DNA from: Octopus vulgaris
Lineage: Eukaryota
DNA: 64,000 nt
Direction of reading: 5' to 3'
Assembly: GCA_951406725.2 (NCBI GenBank)
Contig: OX597839.1
Coordinates: 37,200,001-37,264,000 of the forward strand
Shown one piece after another: positions 26,942-40,227 of this stretch. Below the pieces are notes generated by a model, which worked only from the letters and a program-made list of their open reading frames with translations, was not told the origin of the DNA and did no database searches. A program made the position numbers and the translations under genes. Numbering within the stretch: the first letter of the stretch is position 1; each line of letters starts with the position of its first letter.

Positions 26942-29604
26942 TTATGTCTAAATATAAGATGGAATTGTCAAAGCTGAAATATCTTTCATTGTTGGTTTGT
27001 CCGGTCCATCAGGGCTGACCTGAGGCAAAACAACAATAATGAGAAAGGACACATGATATACTATACCTGAATAGTAGACAGACAGATGGTCATGGCTGGA
27101 ACGCCTTTGGCCATAACATTTGGTTTGCTGCATCAGGGCTGGCCTGAGGCTAAACAACCACCACAACTGAAAACACATTTAATAATGTAGTCCCAGGTAC
27201 ACTATGTCTCAGTAAAAGACAGGATGGTCATAGCAGGAAAACCTTTAATGTCTACAAGGACACATTAGATTATGTAGTGCTAGATGGGCTATATCTAAAA
27301 ATATGAGACAGAGTGGTCAAAACTGGAGTGTCGGTCAAATGCCTATTTGCTCTTTCAGGCTGAACTACAACAACAAAGATATGTAAACATTGAAGTTATG
27401 GACGCTGACCTGTATATGTGCATTAACTTCATGTGGTGTGTAGGTGTGTATATACACACACACATATCTCTTTCTCTTTACTTGTTTCAGTCATTTGACT
27501 GCGGCCATGCTGGAGCACTGACTTTAGTCGAGCAAATCGACCCCAGAACTTATTCTTTGTAAGCCTAGTACTTATTCTATTGGGCTCTTTTGCCAAATCG
27601 CTAAGTTACCCCACAACATCAGTTGTCAAGTGATGTTAGGGGGGACAAACACAGACACACACACACACATACATATACATATATATATGACAGGCTTCTT
27701 TCAGTGTCTGTCTACCAAATCCACTCACAAGGCTCTGGTCGACACGAGGCTATAGTAGAAGACACTTGCCTAAGCTGCCACGCAGTGGGACTGAACCCGG
27801 AACCATGTGGTTGGTAAGCAAGCTACTTATCACACAGCCACTCCTGCGCCTATATATATATATATTATATAAAATCTGTTCTGTCTGTCTGTTTGTGTGT
27901 CTTCTAGGATCTCGGGCATCCGATTGTGCTCAAATTTGATATGTAGATACCGATGGTATCAGGGCATGTATAAGTCTTGAAAAAATTACAAAAATCGATT
28001 CCAGGTGAGAATGCAATCGATAAAGCCGTGGGAATGTGCATTTGTAAAATCGTTTGTCTTGGAATAGAAAAAAAGTCTATCTTTATTTCCTCTTTTGCTG
28101 GTGTCTCAAATTTAGGTTAAATCAGTGTTTCTCAAAGAGGAGGCCTATGGGACGGACGGACAAGTTGTTTTGAGAAAATTTGGTTTAAATGTTTAACAAC
28201 TCAGCACCGTCCATTGGACAGCGGGACGTTTTGCTCATATATATATATATATATATACACATACAGAGAGAGTGGTTGGCGTTAGGAAGGGCATCCAGCC
28301 ATAGAAACTCTGCCAGATCAAGACTGGAGCCTGGTGCAGCCATCTGGTTCGCCAGTCCTCAGTCAAATCGTCCAACCCATGCTAGCATGGAAAGCGGACA
28401 TTAAATGATGATGAGAGAGAGGGTCAGGCATGGCTGTGTGGTAAATTTGCTTCCCAGCCATATGGTTCCGGGTGCTGTCTCACTGAATGGCATCTTGAAC
28501 AAAGGTCTTTTATTATAGCCCTGGGCCAACCAAAACCTTGTGAATGGATTTGCCAGATGGAAATTAAAAGAAGCATATCACATATGTAGTACGTATGTAC
28601 GTATATCTTGGTGCTTGTGTTTGTTCCCCACCACCACTTGACAACCAGTGTTGGTTTGTTTACATCCCCATAACTTAACAGTTCGGCAGGGGGGTGCCTA
28701 TAGAATATGTAAAGAAAAGGATAATTACTGGGGGTTGATTCATTTGATTAAAATCCTTCAAGGCAGTGCCCCAGCATGGCCGCAGTCCAATAACTGAAAC
28801 AAGTGAAAGATATGTATGCATGTGTGTGCGTGTTTGAGTGTGTGTATGAGTGTGCGTGTGCTTGAGTGTGTGTGTGTGTGTTGGCGGAATTTGAACTCAG
28901 AACATAAAGATGGATAGAATGCTTAATGCCATGCTAACAATCCTCCCTGGCCCCCGTGCCGGTGGCACATAAAAAGCACCATTTGAACATGGCCGATGCC
29001 AGTACCGTCTGACTGGCCCCCGTGCCAGTGGTATGTAAAAAGCACCATCCGAACGTGACCGATGCCAGTACTCCCTGACTGGCCCCTATACTAGTGACAT
29101 GTAAAAAGCCCCATCCGAACGTGGCCGTTGCCATTACCCCCTGACTGGCCCCCGTGCCGGTGGCACGTAAAAAGCACCATCCGAAAGTGATCGATGCCAG
29201 TACTCCCTGACTGGCTCCTGAACGGTATGTAGTGAATGGACGCAAATAGAGGGAGAATGCTAGGAGGATATGTTGTGGGGAAGAGAGTCAACTGGGACGT
29301 ATTGTGTGCAGGTAGTTTCCCGAGGGTGTTAGATTGGGGGGTAGAGAGAAACACAGTGTCCTAACAGCTAACAACTAATGCAGGGAGTTTATTCCATGCT
29401 TCAGCAATTCTGAGTGTGAAAAAATGTTTCCAAAAGATAAGGGTGCACTTTATCCTATCTCTTATGAATTCCTGACAAACAGTCCTAAGTCCAGGTGGTC
29501 GTAATTACCCACACCACATTGATTGTTATAAGTAAGGACAGCAGCGGTGGCACTATAAAACTAATTTGTTTTTGTTATTTAGCAGTACTGAGTCTAATTC
29601 CCAC

Positions 29605-29870
29605 ATGTTGCTGAAGCATGGAACAAACTGCCGGCATCAGTTGTTAGTTGTCGGAGCACTGCATCCTTCAAAACTTCCATGCTTCCTGAGATTCGCCAAC
29701 ACTACACCTGATTTTCTCCCCTCCATACACACACAAGCATCTATCTGACTCATACATTGTTCGCTTTCCAGACATTTCTACATTACTGCATGTACTTTAT
29801 ATGCACTTTCTGACAAGTTGTGGTGCACCTGAGCACTGTATACAATAATTTCATTATTATTATTATTATG
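29605..29870 (+). mobile_element. CR1 LINE 3' fragment (same family as 58380)
   Basis: Near-identical to 58710-58975, with an (ATT)n tail. Confidence 0.8.
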
Positions 29871-30739
29871 TATTTGTGGTGGAGCAAAATATAGGGTCTC
29901 TCTCTACGCTCATTCACACGAGATTCTCAGGCCAATAAGGGCACCTCTACACAGCTGTTCGACTTGGTAGAAATAACAGCCAAATATCCCTTAAACCATC
30001 GTTTTATTTATTTATTATTATTATTATTAAAGTGGTGGGGACAATATGGCTCTTGAAACATAACAAAATATATTAGTTTATCTGTAGTGGATAGTGAAGA
30101 AGTTTATGTTGGGTCCTTACCTTTCATCTGTGTGGAAAGATTACAAAGTAATATTGACGAAGGCCAAGAACCCGAAACACTGACTGTTTCTTCACCTCTT
30201 TCCTCGTGGTGAATAATCTTATTGTCTCTGTCATTGACTAAACATTGTTGAAGTCACTTCAACACCAGTTCAATATTTCGTTCTACAGAAAAGTCGGGCA
30301 GGCACCGCGGGAACACCTTTTATCATAACTCAGCTTCATTTTCATTTTTCTGGCTATAAGCATCACAGATAACAACAGCACGTACCCATGTATACTTATA
30401 GGAGTAGTATCCATGTTCACTAGCCCTTAAATATGAGAATTAAAGGGATTCGGGGAAGGATGTTACAGGTCCGAGTTTCTTGAACTAAGACAAGTCCAAG
30501 GGAGATAATTCTCTCGGCAATTTTAAAACCTTTTTTTTTAAATAATTTTAATAATTAGCTCCCAATGTGTTCCATAGTTCAAATCCTGCCGAGGTCAACT
30601 TTACCTTTCGTCCTTCTTGAAAGACAGTAAAGGGAACGATATAATAAAGTGGTCAGTCATGTATTGGGTCAATTTAACACCCTCCTCCTCCAATATTTTT
30701 TAGACTTATTACAATAGATATTATTATTAGTTATCAGAA

Positions 30740-31510
30740 AGGCGGCGAGCTGGCAGAAACGTTAGCACGCCGGACGAAATGCGTAGCCGTATTTCGTCTG
30801 TTGTTACGTTCTGAGTTCAAATTCCGCCGAGGTCGACTTTGCCTTTCATCCTTTCGGGGTCGATAAATTAAGTACCAGTTACGGACTGGGGTCGATGTAA
30901 TTGACTTAATCCGTTTGTCTGTCCTTGTTTGTCCTCTCTGTGTTTAGCCCCTTGTGGGTAGTAAAGAAATAGGTATTTCGCCCGTCGTTACGTTCTGAGT
31001 TCAAATTCCGCCGAGGTCGACTTTGCCTTTCATCCTTTCGGGGTCGATAAATTAAGTACCAGTTACGGACTGGGGTCGATGTAATTGACTTAATCCGTTT
31101 GTCTGTCCTTGTTTGTCCTCTCTGTGTTTAGCCCCTTGTGGGTAGTAAAGAAATAGGTATTTCGCCCGTCGTTACGTTCTGAGTTCAAATTCCGCCGAGG
31201 TCAACTTTGCCTTTCATCCTTTCGGGGTCGATTAAATAAGTACCAGTTACGCACTAGGGTCTATATAATCGACTTAATCCGTTTGTCTGTCCTTGTTTGT
31301 CCTCCCTGTGTTTAGCCCTTTGTGGGTAGTAAAGAAATAGGTATTTCGCCCGTCATTACATTCTGAGTTCAAATTCCGTCGACGTCGACTTCGCCTTTCA
31401 TCGTTTCGGGGTCGATAAATTATGTATCAGTTGCATACTGGGGTCGGTCTAATTGACTGTCCGCTTCCCGCAAAATATCAGACCTTGTGGTTATAGTAAA
31501 AAGGATTGTT
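30740..31510 (+). mobile_element. tRNA-derived SINE family B, tandem multimer (184-bp period)
   Basis: One head GGCGGCGAGCTGGCAGAA followed by units starting GTATTTCG at 30789, 30973, 31157 and 31341; core GACTTTGCCTTTCATCCTTTCGGGGTCGATAAA. Other copies at about 10376(-), 37830(-), 42050(-) and 57905(-). Confidence 0.85.
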
Positions 31511-32869
31511 AGTTATAGAGTAAAGCGATGAGCTGGCAGAATCGTTAACATGCCGGCTGAAAACGCTTAGCGGTATTTTATCCGTCTTTACGTTCTGAGT
31601 TCAAATTCCACCGAGATCAACTTTTCCTTTTATCCTTTCGGGGTCGATAAATTAAGTACCATTGAAACATTAGAGTCGATGTAATCGACTAGTCCCATCC
31701 CCCAAAACTCCGATCTTGTGCCATTAGTAGACAAGTTTATTAGCTACATATATGGACGGGTAATTTTCAACTTGCTCGTCATACTTTTACCACCATGGGT
31801 GATATCAGGAAATATGATACACATACAATAATAATAATAATAACAACAATTTAACATTTTTCATCAAATTTATTGGTGCTTGTGTAAAATGATGAAATAT
31901 AAATTTTCAAAGAAAAATATTTAATATCTTAAAATTAAATCAGATAAATTTCTCGTTTGTACAACTCCTCCCCAAACCACTCTCTCATTTATTCTCTCTA
32001 TTCCTTCTCTTTCTTTTTTTCTTTATGATTCTTTTCCCCTTACTGTGTTTATATAAGCTTGCACTCACAGTCTGCCACCAAGCCTAGAATGTGCACTCAT
32101 CCTGCTCTTCTTATATTTACTCTCTCTTTCTCTCTCTCTTCGCCTCTTTCTGTATAATGTAAAGTGTGACTGGAGACAACAATCAACCAAAAAACATTTA
32201 TGCCAGCAATTCTTTATTTAGAAATTATTTTTTAATCTTAAATCCCAGACTTCTGGATAAGTTAGGGAAGTATTTGTTGTTGTTGCTGTTGTCGTCGTTA
32301 TTGTTGTTGTTGTTACATATACTCACACACACTACCCTCTACTAAATATATATATATATATACATGTCTACATTCTACTTTCCACTACATATATACATAC
32401 AGCAAATCACTACATACATATATACTCCTTTACACACACACACACAAATATTTTTTTGCTCTCTCTCCCTCTTTCTCTGTCTGTCTGTCCGTCTCTCTCT
32501 CTCTCTCTCACACACACACACGCATACACCCGCAAACACATTTGTTTTTGATGTGAAAATAATCAAAAATAAAATTCAGATGACACAACTGTAAAACTAA
32601 TTAAAACATTTCAAAGACAAATATAAATTGCAACATCACAAACATAACACAATACCAAGATAACATAATATATCATCGTTCTAAGATATAATAACTTTAA
32701 TTTATCATACTTCTAATATGTCATAATTTGATATATCACAATTCAAAGATACCCAAATATCTGTAGCAAACTCTTACTGTCTCCCCCAACACTGACCCCC
32801 AGTTTAATGAGATTTAAAAGGGTCAGCAAAATTATAGCAACCCTGATTCATTCAAAATACTGTCTGGAC

Positions 32870-33995
32870 TGAATTGGGAAAGAAAATGTTGTAAGATTTA
32901 TTGGTGTTGTAGCTGTACTGGACTTTGTGAGAGAGATAGTGTTGTTAGGATGGTGTTGTAGTTGTGTTGGTGGGGGATGTTGTAGAAGTTTTCTGGAGTG
33001 AATGGGAGAAACAGTGTTGTTAGAATAGTGTTGTGAGGTATTGTAGATGTATCTGGACCATGTAGAAGAGAGAGTGTTGTTAGGATGATGTTGTTGGGGG
33101 GGAGGGTGTTGTAGAAGTGTCAGGAGTGAGTAGGAGAAATAGTGCTGTCAAGATGGTGATGTAGTTGTGTTGTGGAGTGTTGTAGAAGTGTCTGGACTGA
33201 GTAGGAAAAATAGCCTTGAAAGATAGGAAAGTGTTGTGGGATGTTGTAGATATATCTGGACCACATATGAGAAATAGTGTTGTTAGGATGGTGTTGTAGT
33301 TGTATTGTGGGGATGTAGAAGTGTCTGCAGTGAATGGGAGAAACGGTGTCCTTAGAAAAATGTTGTGAGGTATTGTAGATATACCTGGACCACATATGAG
33401 AGATAGTGTTGTTAGGCTGGTATTGTAGTTGTGTTGTGGGAGGGGGTTGTAGAAGTGTCAGGAGTGAGTAGGAGAAACAGTGTTGTTAGAATAGTGTTGT
33501 GGGGGTGTTGCAGATATATCTGGACCACATATGAGAGATAGTGTTGTTAGGCAGGTGTTGTAGTTGTGTTGTGGGAGGGGGTTGTAGAAGTGTCAGGAGT
33601 GAGTAGGAGAAACAGTGTTGTTAGAATAGTGTTGTGGGGGTGTTGCAGATATATCTGGACCATGTAGAAGAGATAGTGTTGTTAGGATGGTGTTGTAGTT
33701 GTGTCCTGGTGTACTCTAGATGTGTTTGGACTGAGTAGGATTCTGAATAGGACCGAGTGCTGTTAGGATGGTGCTGTAGTGGTGTTGCAAAGTATTAAAT
33801 GTATCTAGACTGTGTGGGAGAGATAATGGAGCTAAGATGGTGATGTAGTGGTGTTGTGGGGTGTTGTGGATGTATCTGGACTGAGCATAAGAGATAGTGT
33901 TGTTGGAATGGGATTATAGTTGTATTCTGGGGTACTGTAGGTGTGTCTGGACTGTGTGGTAGAGATAATACTGTTGGGATGGTGTTGCTGTTCCT
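32870..33995. repeat. degenerate minisatellite (about 60-bp units, about 122-bp higher-order pairs)
   Basis: Recurring GAGATAGTGTTGTTAGGATGGTGTTGTAGTTGTGTTGTGG...TCTGGAC. Confidence 0.8.
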
Positions 33996-34388
33996 TAATA
34001 CTTACAGATGTGTGTGGGTGTTTGCAGTGACTGTGGATATAGTGTCAGAAACCATGATTGTTGCAGTGACAAAATATACCTCTCATATAATCCAAATGAA
34101 TTCCTATGAAAGATAATCAGAGATTGTGAGGCCAAACTTATTATATAAGAAGTATAATGAATAACAGTTTCAAACAACATGTTGTTCAAGGGAGAACATT
34201 TTGGGATATCGTGTTTTAGCTGTGATGTATTAATATCAGTTTTAACTGCTGTAGAAGTAGACTAGTTTGTCTTCTATCCTGTTAACCTTCAAAATGTTGG
34301 AAGTCAAAGGTCAAAGTTCAAGTCATCATTCTGGCTTGGCTTGGCTTGGCTTGGTGTTGATGTTGAAGGTGGTGATGGTGCCGGTCAG

Positions 34389-34613
34389 TTAAGAAATATC
34401 TAAAGTCCAGAAATTTGCCCTCTGAGATCCACTGAAACTTGTGATTGAACCTGTAAGCCTGTCAACGGTCTGCAAGAGTTGTATGGTGTGACCACTGTAC
34501 CGGTCATCACCGTAACCAACCAGGGAGCGCTGTTTGGTCAACAGGGACTTCTGTTTCGATACCTCTTTACCATTCAGAAAGATACGACCTGAGTTGAAGT
34601 GGACGGTGCTTAT
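34389..34613 (-). CDS. EGF + orphan-domain gene: terminal exon
   Basis: ctttctcacttttag|ISTVHFNSGRIFLNGKEVSKQKSLLTKQRSLVGYGDDRYSGHTIQLLQTVDRLTGSITSFSGSQRANFWTLDIS*; phase 0, open for 74 codons. Confidence 0.82.
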   Translation of the reverse strand: MSTVHFNSGRIFLNGKEVSKQKSLLTKQRSLVGYGDDRYSGHTIQLLQTVDRLTGSITSFSGSQRANFWTLDIS

Positions 34614-34839
34614 CTAAAAGTGAGAAAGAATATAAAACGAGTGATAGGGTTGTTAATAACTTGTAAACAACAATTACATTACATACATACATCATCATCA
34701 TCATCAACATCATCATCATCGTTTAACGTCCGCTTTCCATGCTGGCATGGGTTGGACGGTTTGACTGGGGACTGGCTAGTCAAGAGGCTGCACCTGGCTC
34801 CAATCTGATCTGGCAAAGCTTCTATAGCTGGATGCCCTT

Positions 34840-34877
<38 letters not shown>

Positions 34878-34983
34878 TCAGGTGGGTGGGTAGGTAGGTA
34901 GTTAGGTAGGTAGGTAGGTAAGCAGGCAGGCAGGCAGATAGATAGATAGATAGAAATATAGATTGATAGATAGATAGATAGAT

Positions 34984-35089
<106 letters not shown>

Positions 35090-35165
35090 ATGGGTGGGAG
35101 ATTGACAAACAAATAGAGAGCAGTGGGGAGAAAGTGAGGTAAAAAGGGAGAGGGAAAAGTCTCAC

Positions 35166-35464
35166 CTGTAAAATCGAGCCTAAGTGGATTCCACTTTGCA
35201 TCTGAATAAACCAATGTGCTGGATAATAGGAAGCCAGGACTAATGTGATTGGTTGAAACTGTCTTGCCATGGCTTCTGTGACATTTAATCTGATTGGCTG
35301 GTGAGCTTTCCATTCATTCATCGTACTAATCACATAGACTTGACTGTTTCTTCCTGAATTTGCCTCTTTGTAGGAATGGCAACCAAATGTCTCTTGGATC
35401 TTCTGGTGCCAATATGCAACAGCATTGCTGGAATTTCTTCTTATTGAGCAATTTTTATAAATGG
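35166..35464 (-). CDS. EGF + orphan-domain gene: orphan-like domain, part 1
   Basis: cctttgcag|IYKNCSIRRNSSNAVAYWHQKIQETFGCHSYKEANSGRNSQVYVISTMNEWKAHQPIRLNVTEAMARQFQPITLVLASYYPAHWFIQMQSGIHLGSILQ|gtgag; phase 1 to 0. Confidence 0.85.
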
Positions 35465-35933
35465 CTGCAAAGGACAGCATAGAGGGAAATTGTTATAACT
35501 GTTTTTCAATGATGTAAGCATTAGTTTCTGATATAAAACATGCAATTGAGGCAGTATTTAATCAAAATAGGGATATACATATTATACTTAATGTATACAC
35601 ACTTTTGATAGGCCAGTTATCGCAATATATATCCTGAGATAACATTTGTTAGAGCTGATGTGTTGAAAAACACAATATCCAAGTGTGATGAAAATTCATC
35701 CCAGCAGCAGCAGCAGCAGCAACAGCCTTTTAGGGGTCTTTTCAATGGACAAACTTTCAGCCAGCCACAAGCTCAGATAAGAATTCATAATAATGAAATT
35801 ATTGTATACAGTGCTCTGGCCCAGGAATTGAAAATACAATCTTATGATCATGAGTCCAACACCCTAGCCACATGCCTCCACCCTCGGGTGCATAAACTGA
35901 AAGAAATACATAACCAAAATATATTTTACTCAC

Positions 35934-36077
35934 GTAAGCAAGATGTGGGATCATAACCTTTTCCCTGGCAGTGACACACGCCATTCTGGCATTCGGACTG
36001 GAAGCGAAACGCTGTGTATGGCCAGCATTTGTTCTGACATGAGATTGAACTGGAAAATAATGTCCTGTTGCTTAAAG
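35934..36077 (-). CDS. EGF + orphan-domain gene: EGF-like exon
   Basis: ttttattaacag|LSNRTLFSSSISCQNKCWPYTAFRFQSECQNGVCHCQGKGYDPTSCL(P)|gtgag. Six Cys with C-x-C-x3-G-Y spacing, in a phase 1-1 exon as is typical for EGF modules. Confidence 0.8.
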
Positions 36078-36523
36078 CTGTTAATAAAAATATAAAAATA
36101 CATATAATAAAATAAAATATAATAAAGGAAAGCTTAAGTATTTACGAAGGTTTTGTCTTTGAAATTTTGGTTCAATCTCCAAAGACAAATTCTTTGTGAG
36201 AAATATATTTTAGATGGATAGGAAAGACGAATGATAGGTCATAAATCTGAGGTTTTGCATTAATAGAAGAAACTAGAGATTATGACATGTCTTTGGGTGG
36301 CTAACTTATGACTGAGCCACTAATGTATGACTTTCCACTGATTACCTGCCTTCTGTACATCCAGTCATCATTCTCTCTCTCTCTTTCTTTCTTTCTTACC
36401 AACCACATGGTTCTGAGTTCATTCCCACTGTGTGACACCTTGGGTAAGTGTCTTCTATTATAGCCTCAGGCCGACCAAAGTCTTGTGAGTGGATTTGGTA
36501 GACAGAAACTGAAAGAAGCCCAT

Positions 36524-36567
<44 letters not shown>

Positions 36568-36585
36568 TGTATCTGTGTGTATATA

Positions 36586-36626
<41 letters not shown>

Positions 36627-36875
36627 GTATGTGTGTGTATATGTTTGTGTTTGTCTCCCCAACATCACTTGACTACTGATGCTGGTGTGTTTATGTCCCT
36701 GTAATGTAGCGGGTCGGCATAAGGAACCGATAGAATAAGTACTGGGCTTACAAAGGATAAGTCCTGGGGTCGATTTGCTTGACTAAAGGCAGTGCTCCAG
36801 CATGGCCACAGTCAAATGACTGAAACAAGTAAAAGAGAAAGAGAGTAAGTGAATAAATAAAGGGAAATGATTTAC

Positions 36876-36963
36876 CAAGAAATGAAGAATTCTTTAATGT
36901 TGAATGCCTGTGAATGTCACTCTGATTTCGGCTCCCAGTTGCTATGTTTGGTAATGGAACTGT
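36876..36963 (-). CDS. EGF + orphan-domain gene: stalk exon (putative)
   Basis: ttttttcccttgcag|TVPLPNIATGSRNQSDIHRHSTLKNSSFL(A)|gtaaat. Phase 0 to 1 fits the downstream exon but not the upstream phase-2 exon; carries N-glycosylation sequons. Confidence 0.5.
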
Positions 36964-38253
36964 CTGCAAGGGAAAAAACACAAAATCCCTAAATTAAGTT
37001 GATTGTTATTATTATTATTAAATATCATGTGAAGGTGTGTGGCTTAGTGGTTAGGGGCTTTCAGCTCATGATTGTAAGGTCGTGAGCTCAATTTACGGCG
37101 ACGCATTGTGTTCTTGAGCAAGACACTTTATTTCATGTTGCTCCAGTCCACTCAGCCAGCAAAAATGAGTTGTACCTGTATTTCAAAGGGCCAGCCTTGT
37201 CACTCTCTGTGTCACACTGAATCTTCCCTGAGAACTACGTTAGGGGTACACGTGTCTATGGAGTACTCAGCCACTTGCACATTAATTTCACGAGCAAGCT
37301 GTTCCGTTGATCGTATCAGCTGGGACCTTCAACGTCGTAACCGACAGAGTGGTCCCATTAAATATCATAATGGCAGCAAGCTGGCAGAATTGTTCAGGCA
37401 GCAGTACATGTTCTGGTTTTTCCATTCTGAGTTCAATTCCTCTCAAGGTCAATGTCACCTTTCATCATTCCAGGGGTTGCTAAAATAAAGTACCACACAA
37501 GTACAAGGGGTCAATGGTAGAGATTAACCGTCTCTCATTCCAAATTGCTGACCTTGAGCTTATTCTGGACACAATTGGTAGATATTATGAACAGATGTAT
37601 GAGCGGCTGTGTGGATGAGATTGGAAGAAAGGCAAAACCGGCTTCAGTGAGATTTGAACTCAGGACTTAAAAAGCCAGGACGAATGCTACAAAGTATTTT
37701 GCCTGATGCTATATTGATTCTGGTAGCTCTCTAATGGTAATGATGATGATAATGATGATGATGATGATGATGGTGGGGAGGAGGAAGAGGAGGGTGGTGG
37801 TGGTGATGATGTAATTCTTGCTCTTATTTTATTTCTTTACTGCCTACAAGGGGCTAAACATAGAGGGGACAAACAAGAACAGACAAACGGATTAAGTCGA
37901 TTATATTGACCCCAGAGCGTAACTGGTACTTAATTTATCGACCCTGAAAGGATGAAAGGCAAAGTCGACCTCGGTGGAATTTGAACTCAGAACGTAATAG
38001 CAGACAAAATACCGCTAAGTATTTCGTCCGGCGTGCTAACGTTTCTGCCAGCTCGGCGCCTTTAGAACCATAAGAGCAAATCTTGCTCTAGGGTTCTAAA
38101 TTCTTGTGAACTTTATGATCCTATAAATGTGATTATGTATTTGTGTGTGTGTGTGTGTGTGTATGTGAGTGTGTGCACGTGCGTGCATGCATATGAGTGT
38201 GTTTATGAGCATTCATGTATATATGCGTGTATGGTTGCACACAAACAAGCATG

Positions 38254-38315
<62 letters not shown>

Positions 38316-38354
38316 CGTGTGTGTGTGTGTGTGTGTGTGTGCTCTGATACTTAC

Positions 38355-38677
38355 CACTCTGTTGCTATGCCATAAGAAGGGTTCGAAGGAGAAGACACTT
38401 GAAATGATAGCACCAACAATATGGCCATTGTTGTCAAGGTAACCACTGCCATGCAACTAACGATGCTGATGAGGATGAATTTCCTTAAACTTCTGAGAGA
38501 CGAGAGGCAACGGGCAGAGGAAGGTGGTGGTGGTGGCACGGGCTTCAACAGGGGGTACTCCATTGCGTATCTCTCCGAAGCCAGAAATACTGACCTTATG
38601 TTCTGGGGCAGCCCCAGGTGGGAGACAGAGAACACGGCATTAGAAGGGTGTGGGTTTTGGGAGCATTTCAGATGATT
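38355..38677 (-). CDS. EGF + orphan-domain gene: cytoplasmic segment + transmembrane/signal-anchor exon
   Basis: (CTT)n-cag acceptor. NHLKCSQ...MEYPLLKPVPPPPPSSARCLSSLRSLRKFILISIVSCMAVVTLTTMAILLVLSFQVSSPSNPSYGIATE(W)|gtaagt. Basic residues followed by about 25 hydrophobic residues fit a type II anchor. Confidence 0.7.
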
Positions 38678-38894
38678 CTGAAGAAGAAGAAGAAGAAAGA
38701 CATTTTATTTGAAAATTAAGAAACATTAAATGGTTGTGGGCATGGATGGGTAGTTTAGGACTTTGCTTTCCAACCACGTGGTTTCGGGTTCATTGCCATC
38801 AATGTGGCACCTTGGACAAATGCTTTCTACTCTTAGCCTCCAGGTTGAGCAAGGCCTTGTGAGTGAATTTGGTTAGAAGTGTGTATATGTGCTT

Positions 38895-38896
<2 letters not shown>

Positions 38897-38936
<40 letters not shown>

Positions 38937-39300
38937 GAAGGAAGGAAGGAAGGAAAGAAAGAAAGAAAGAAAGAAAGAAAGAATGGAAGGAAGGAAGGAA
39001 GGACAGAAAGAAAGAAGGAAAGAAAGGAAGGAAGGACAGGACAGAAAGAAAGAAAGAAAGAAAAAAGAAAGGAAGGAAGGAAGAAAGAAAGAAAGAAAGA
39101 AAGAAGGAAAGAAGGAAAGAGCAAAGGAAAGAGTGAAAGGATAGAAGAAAGAAAAGAAAGAAAAAGAGGAAGAAAGAAAAGAAAGAATGGATGAAAGAAC
39201 TAAAGAAAGAAAAAGAAAGAAAAGAAGGAAGGAAGGAAGAAAAAAGAGAGAGGAAAATAGTGAGAGACAAAGACAGAGAGAGAGAAAGAGATAGAAATAG
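38897..39300. repeat. (GAAA/GGAA)n tract
   Basis: Visible directly. Confidence 0.9.
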
Positions 39301-39760
39301 CTGATTGTCTCTAATGGCCTCTCTGATTTTCTCTCTCTCTCTCTCTCTGTGCATCTTCCCTTTCACTTTTACTCTCCAACTTTCTCCCCTCACTCATGCG
39401 ACCGGCAATAACCCCCAATCCTAAATCCCTTCACATCAACAATAAAACTTTGTTTACATAAATATGACACTAAATACACTGTGTGTGTGTGGGGGGGGAG
39501 AGTGCATGAGAGAGAGAGACTTCCTTTTACTAAGTATGCATATCTATTATCTAGATGTGAGCTTGCATATATATCTGTTGTGCAGGTATGTAAAACAAAT
39601 GAGTCTGTGCGGTGTGTGCATGTGTGTGTATATACATCCACACGCATGCATCAGGTTGTACATATGTAAGGGTGGTGGTGGACAGTTGCGTACTAGGGTT
39701 GATCTAATCGACTGGCCCCCTCTCCCAAACATTTTGGGCCTTGTGCCTAGAGTAGAAAAG

Positions 39761-39794
<34 letters not shown>

Positions 39795-39959
39795 GGAGTG
39801 GCTGTGTGGTAAGTAGCTTGCTAATCAACCACATGGTTCCAGGTTCAGTCCCACTGCGTGGCATCTTGGGCAAGTGTCTTCTGTTATAGCCCCGGGCCAA
39901 CCAATGCCTTGTGAGTGGGTTCGGTAGACGGAAACTGAAAGAAGCCTGTCGTATATATG

Positions 39960-39996
<37 letters not shown>

Positions 39997-40188
39997 CTGT
40001 GTTTGTCCCCCTAGCATTGCTTGACAACCGATGCTGGTGTGTTTACGTCCCCGTCACTTAGCGGTTCGGCAAAAGAGACCGATAGAATAAGTACTGGGCT
40101 TACAAAGAATAAGTCCCGGGGTCGATTTGCTCGACTAAAGGCGGTGCTCCAGCATGGCCGCAGTCAAATGACTGAAACAAGTAAAAGA

Positions 40189-40227
<39 letters not shown>

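Noticed and set aside
28940-29220. Regularly spaced repeats that look CRISPR-like (also about 41650-41850 and 6490-6700)
   Set aside because: The apparent spacers are themselves homologous. These are about 60-bp tandem units of SINE family C in a eukaryotic genome, with no cas genes.
34389-34613. Initial idea that the terminal exon is a TNF/C1q domain
   Set aside because: It lacks the G.Y..Y/F core motifs. The collinear match to the betaglycan orphan domain over both exons is better.
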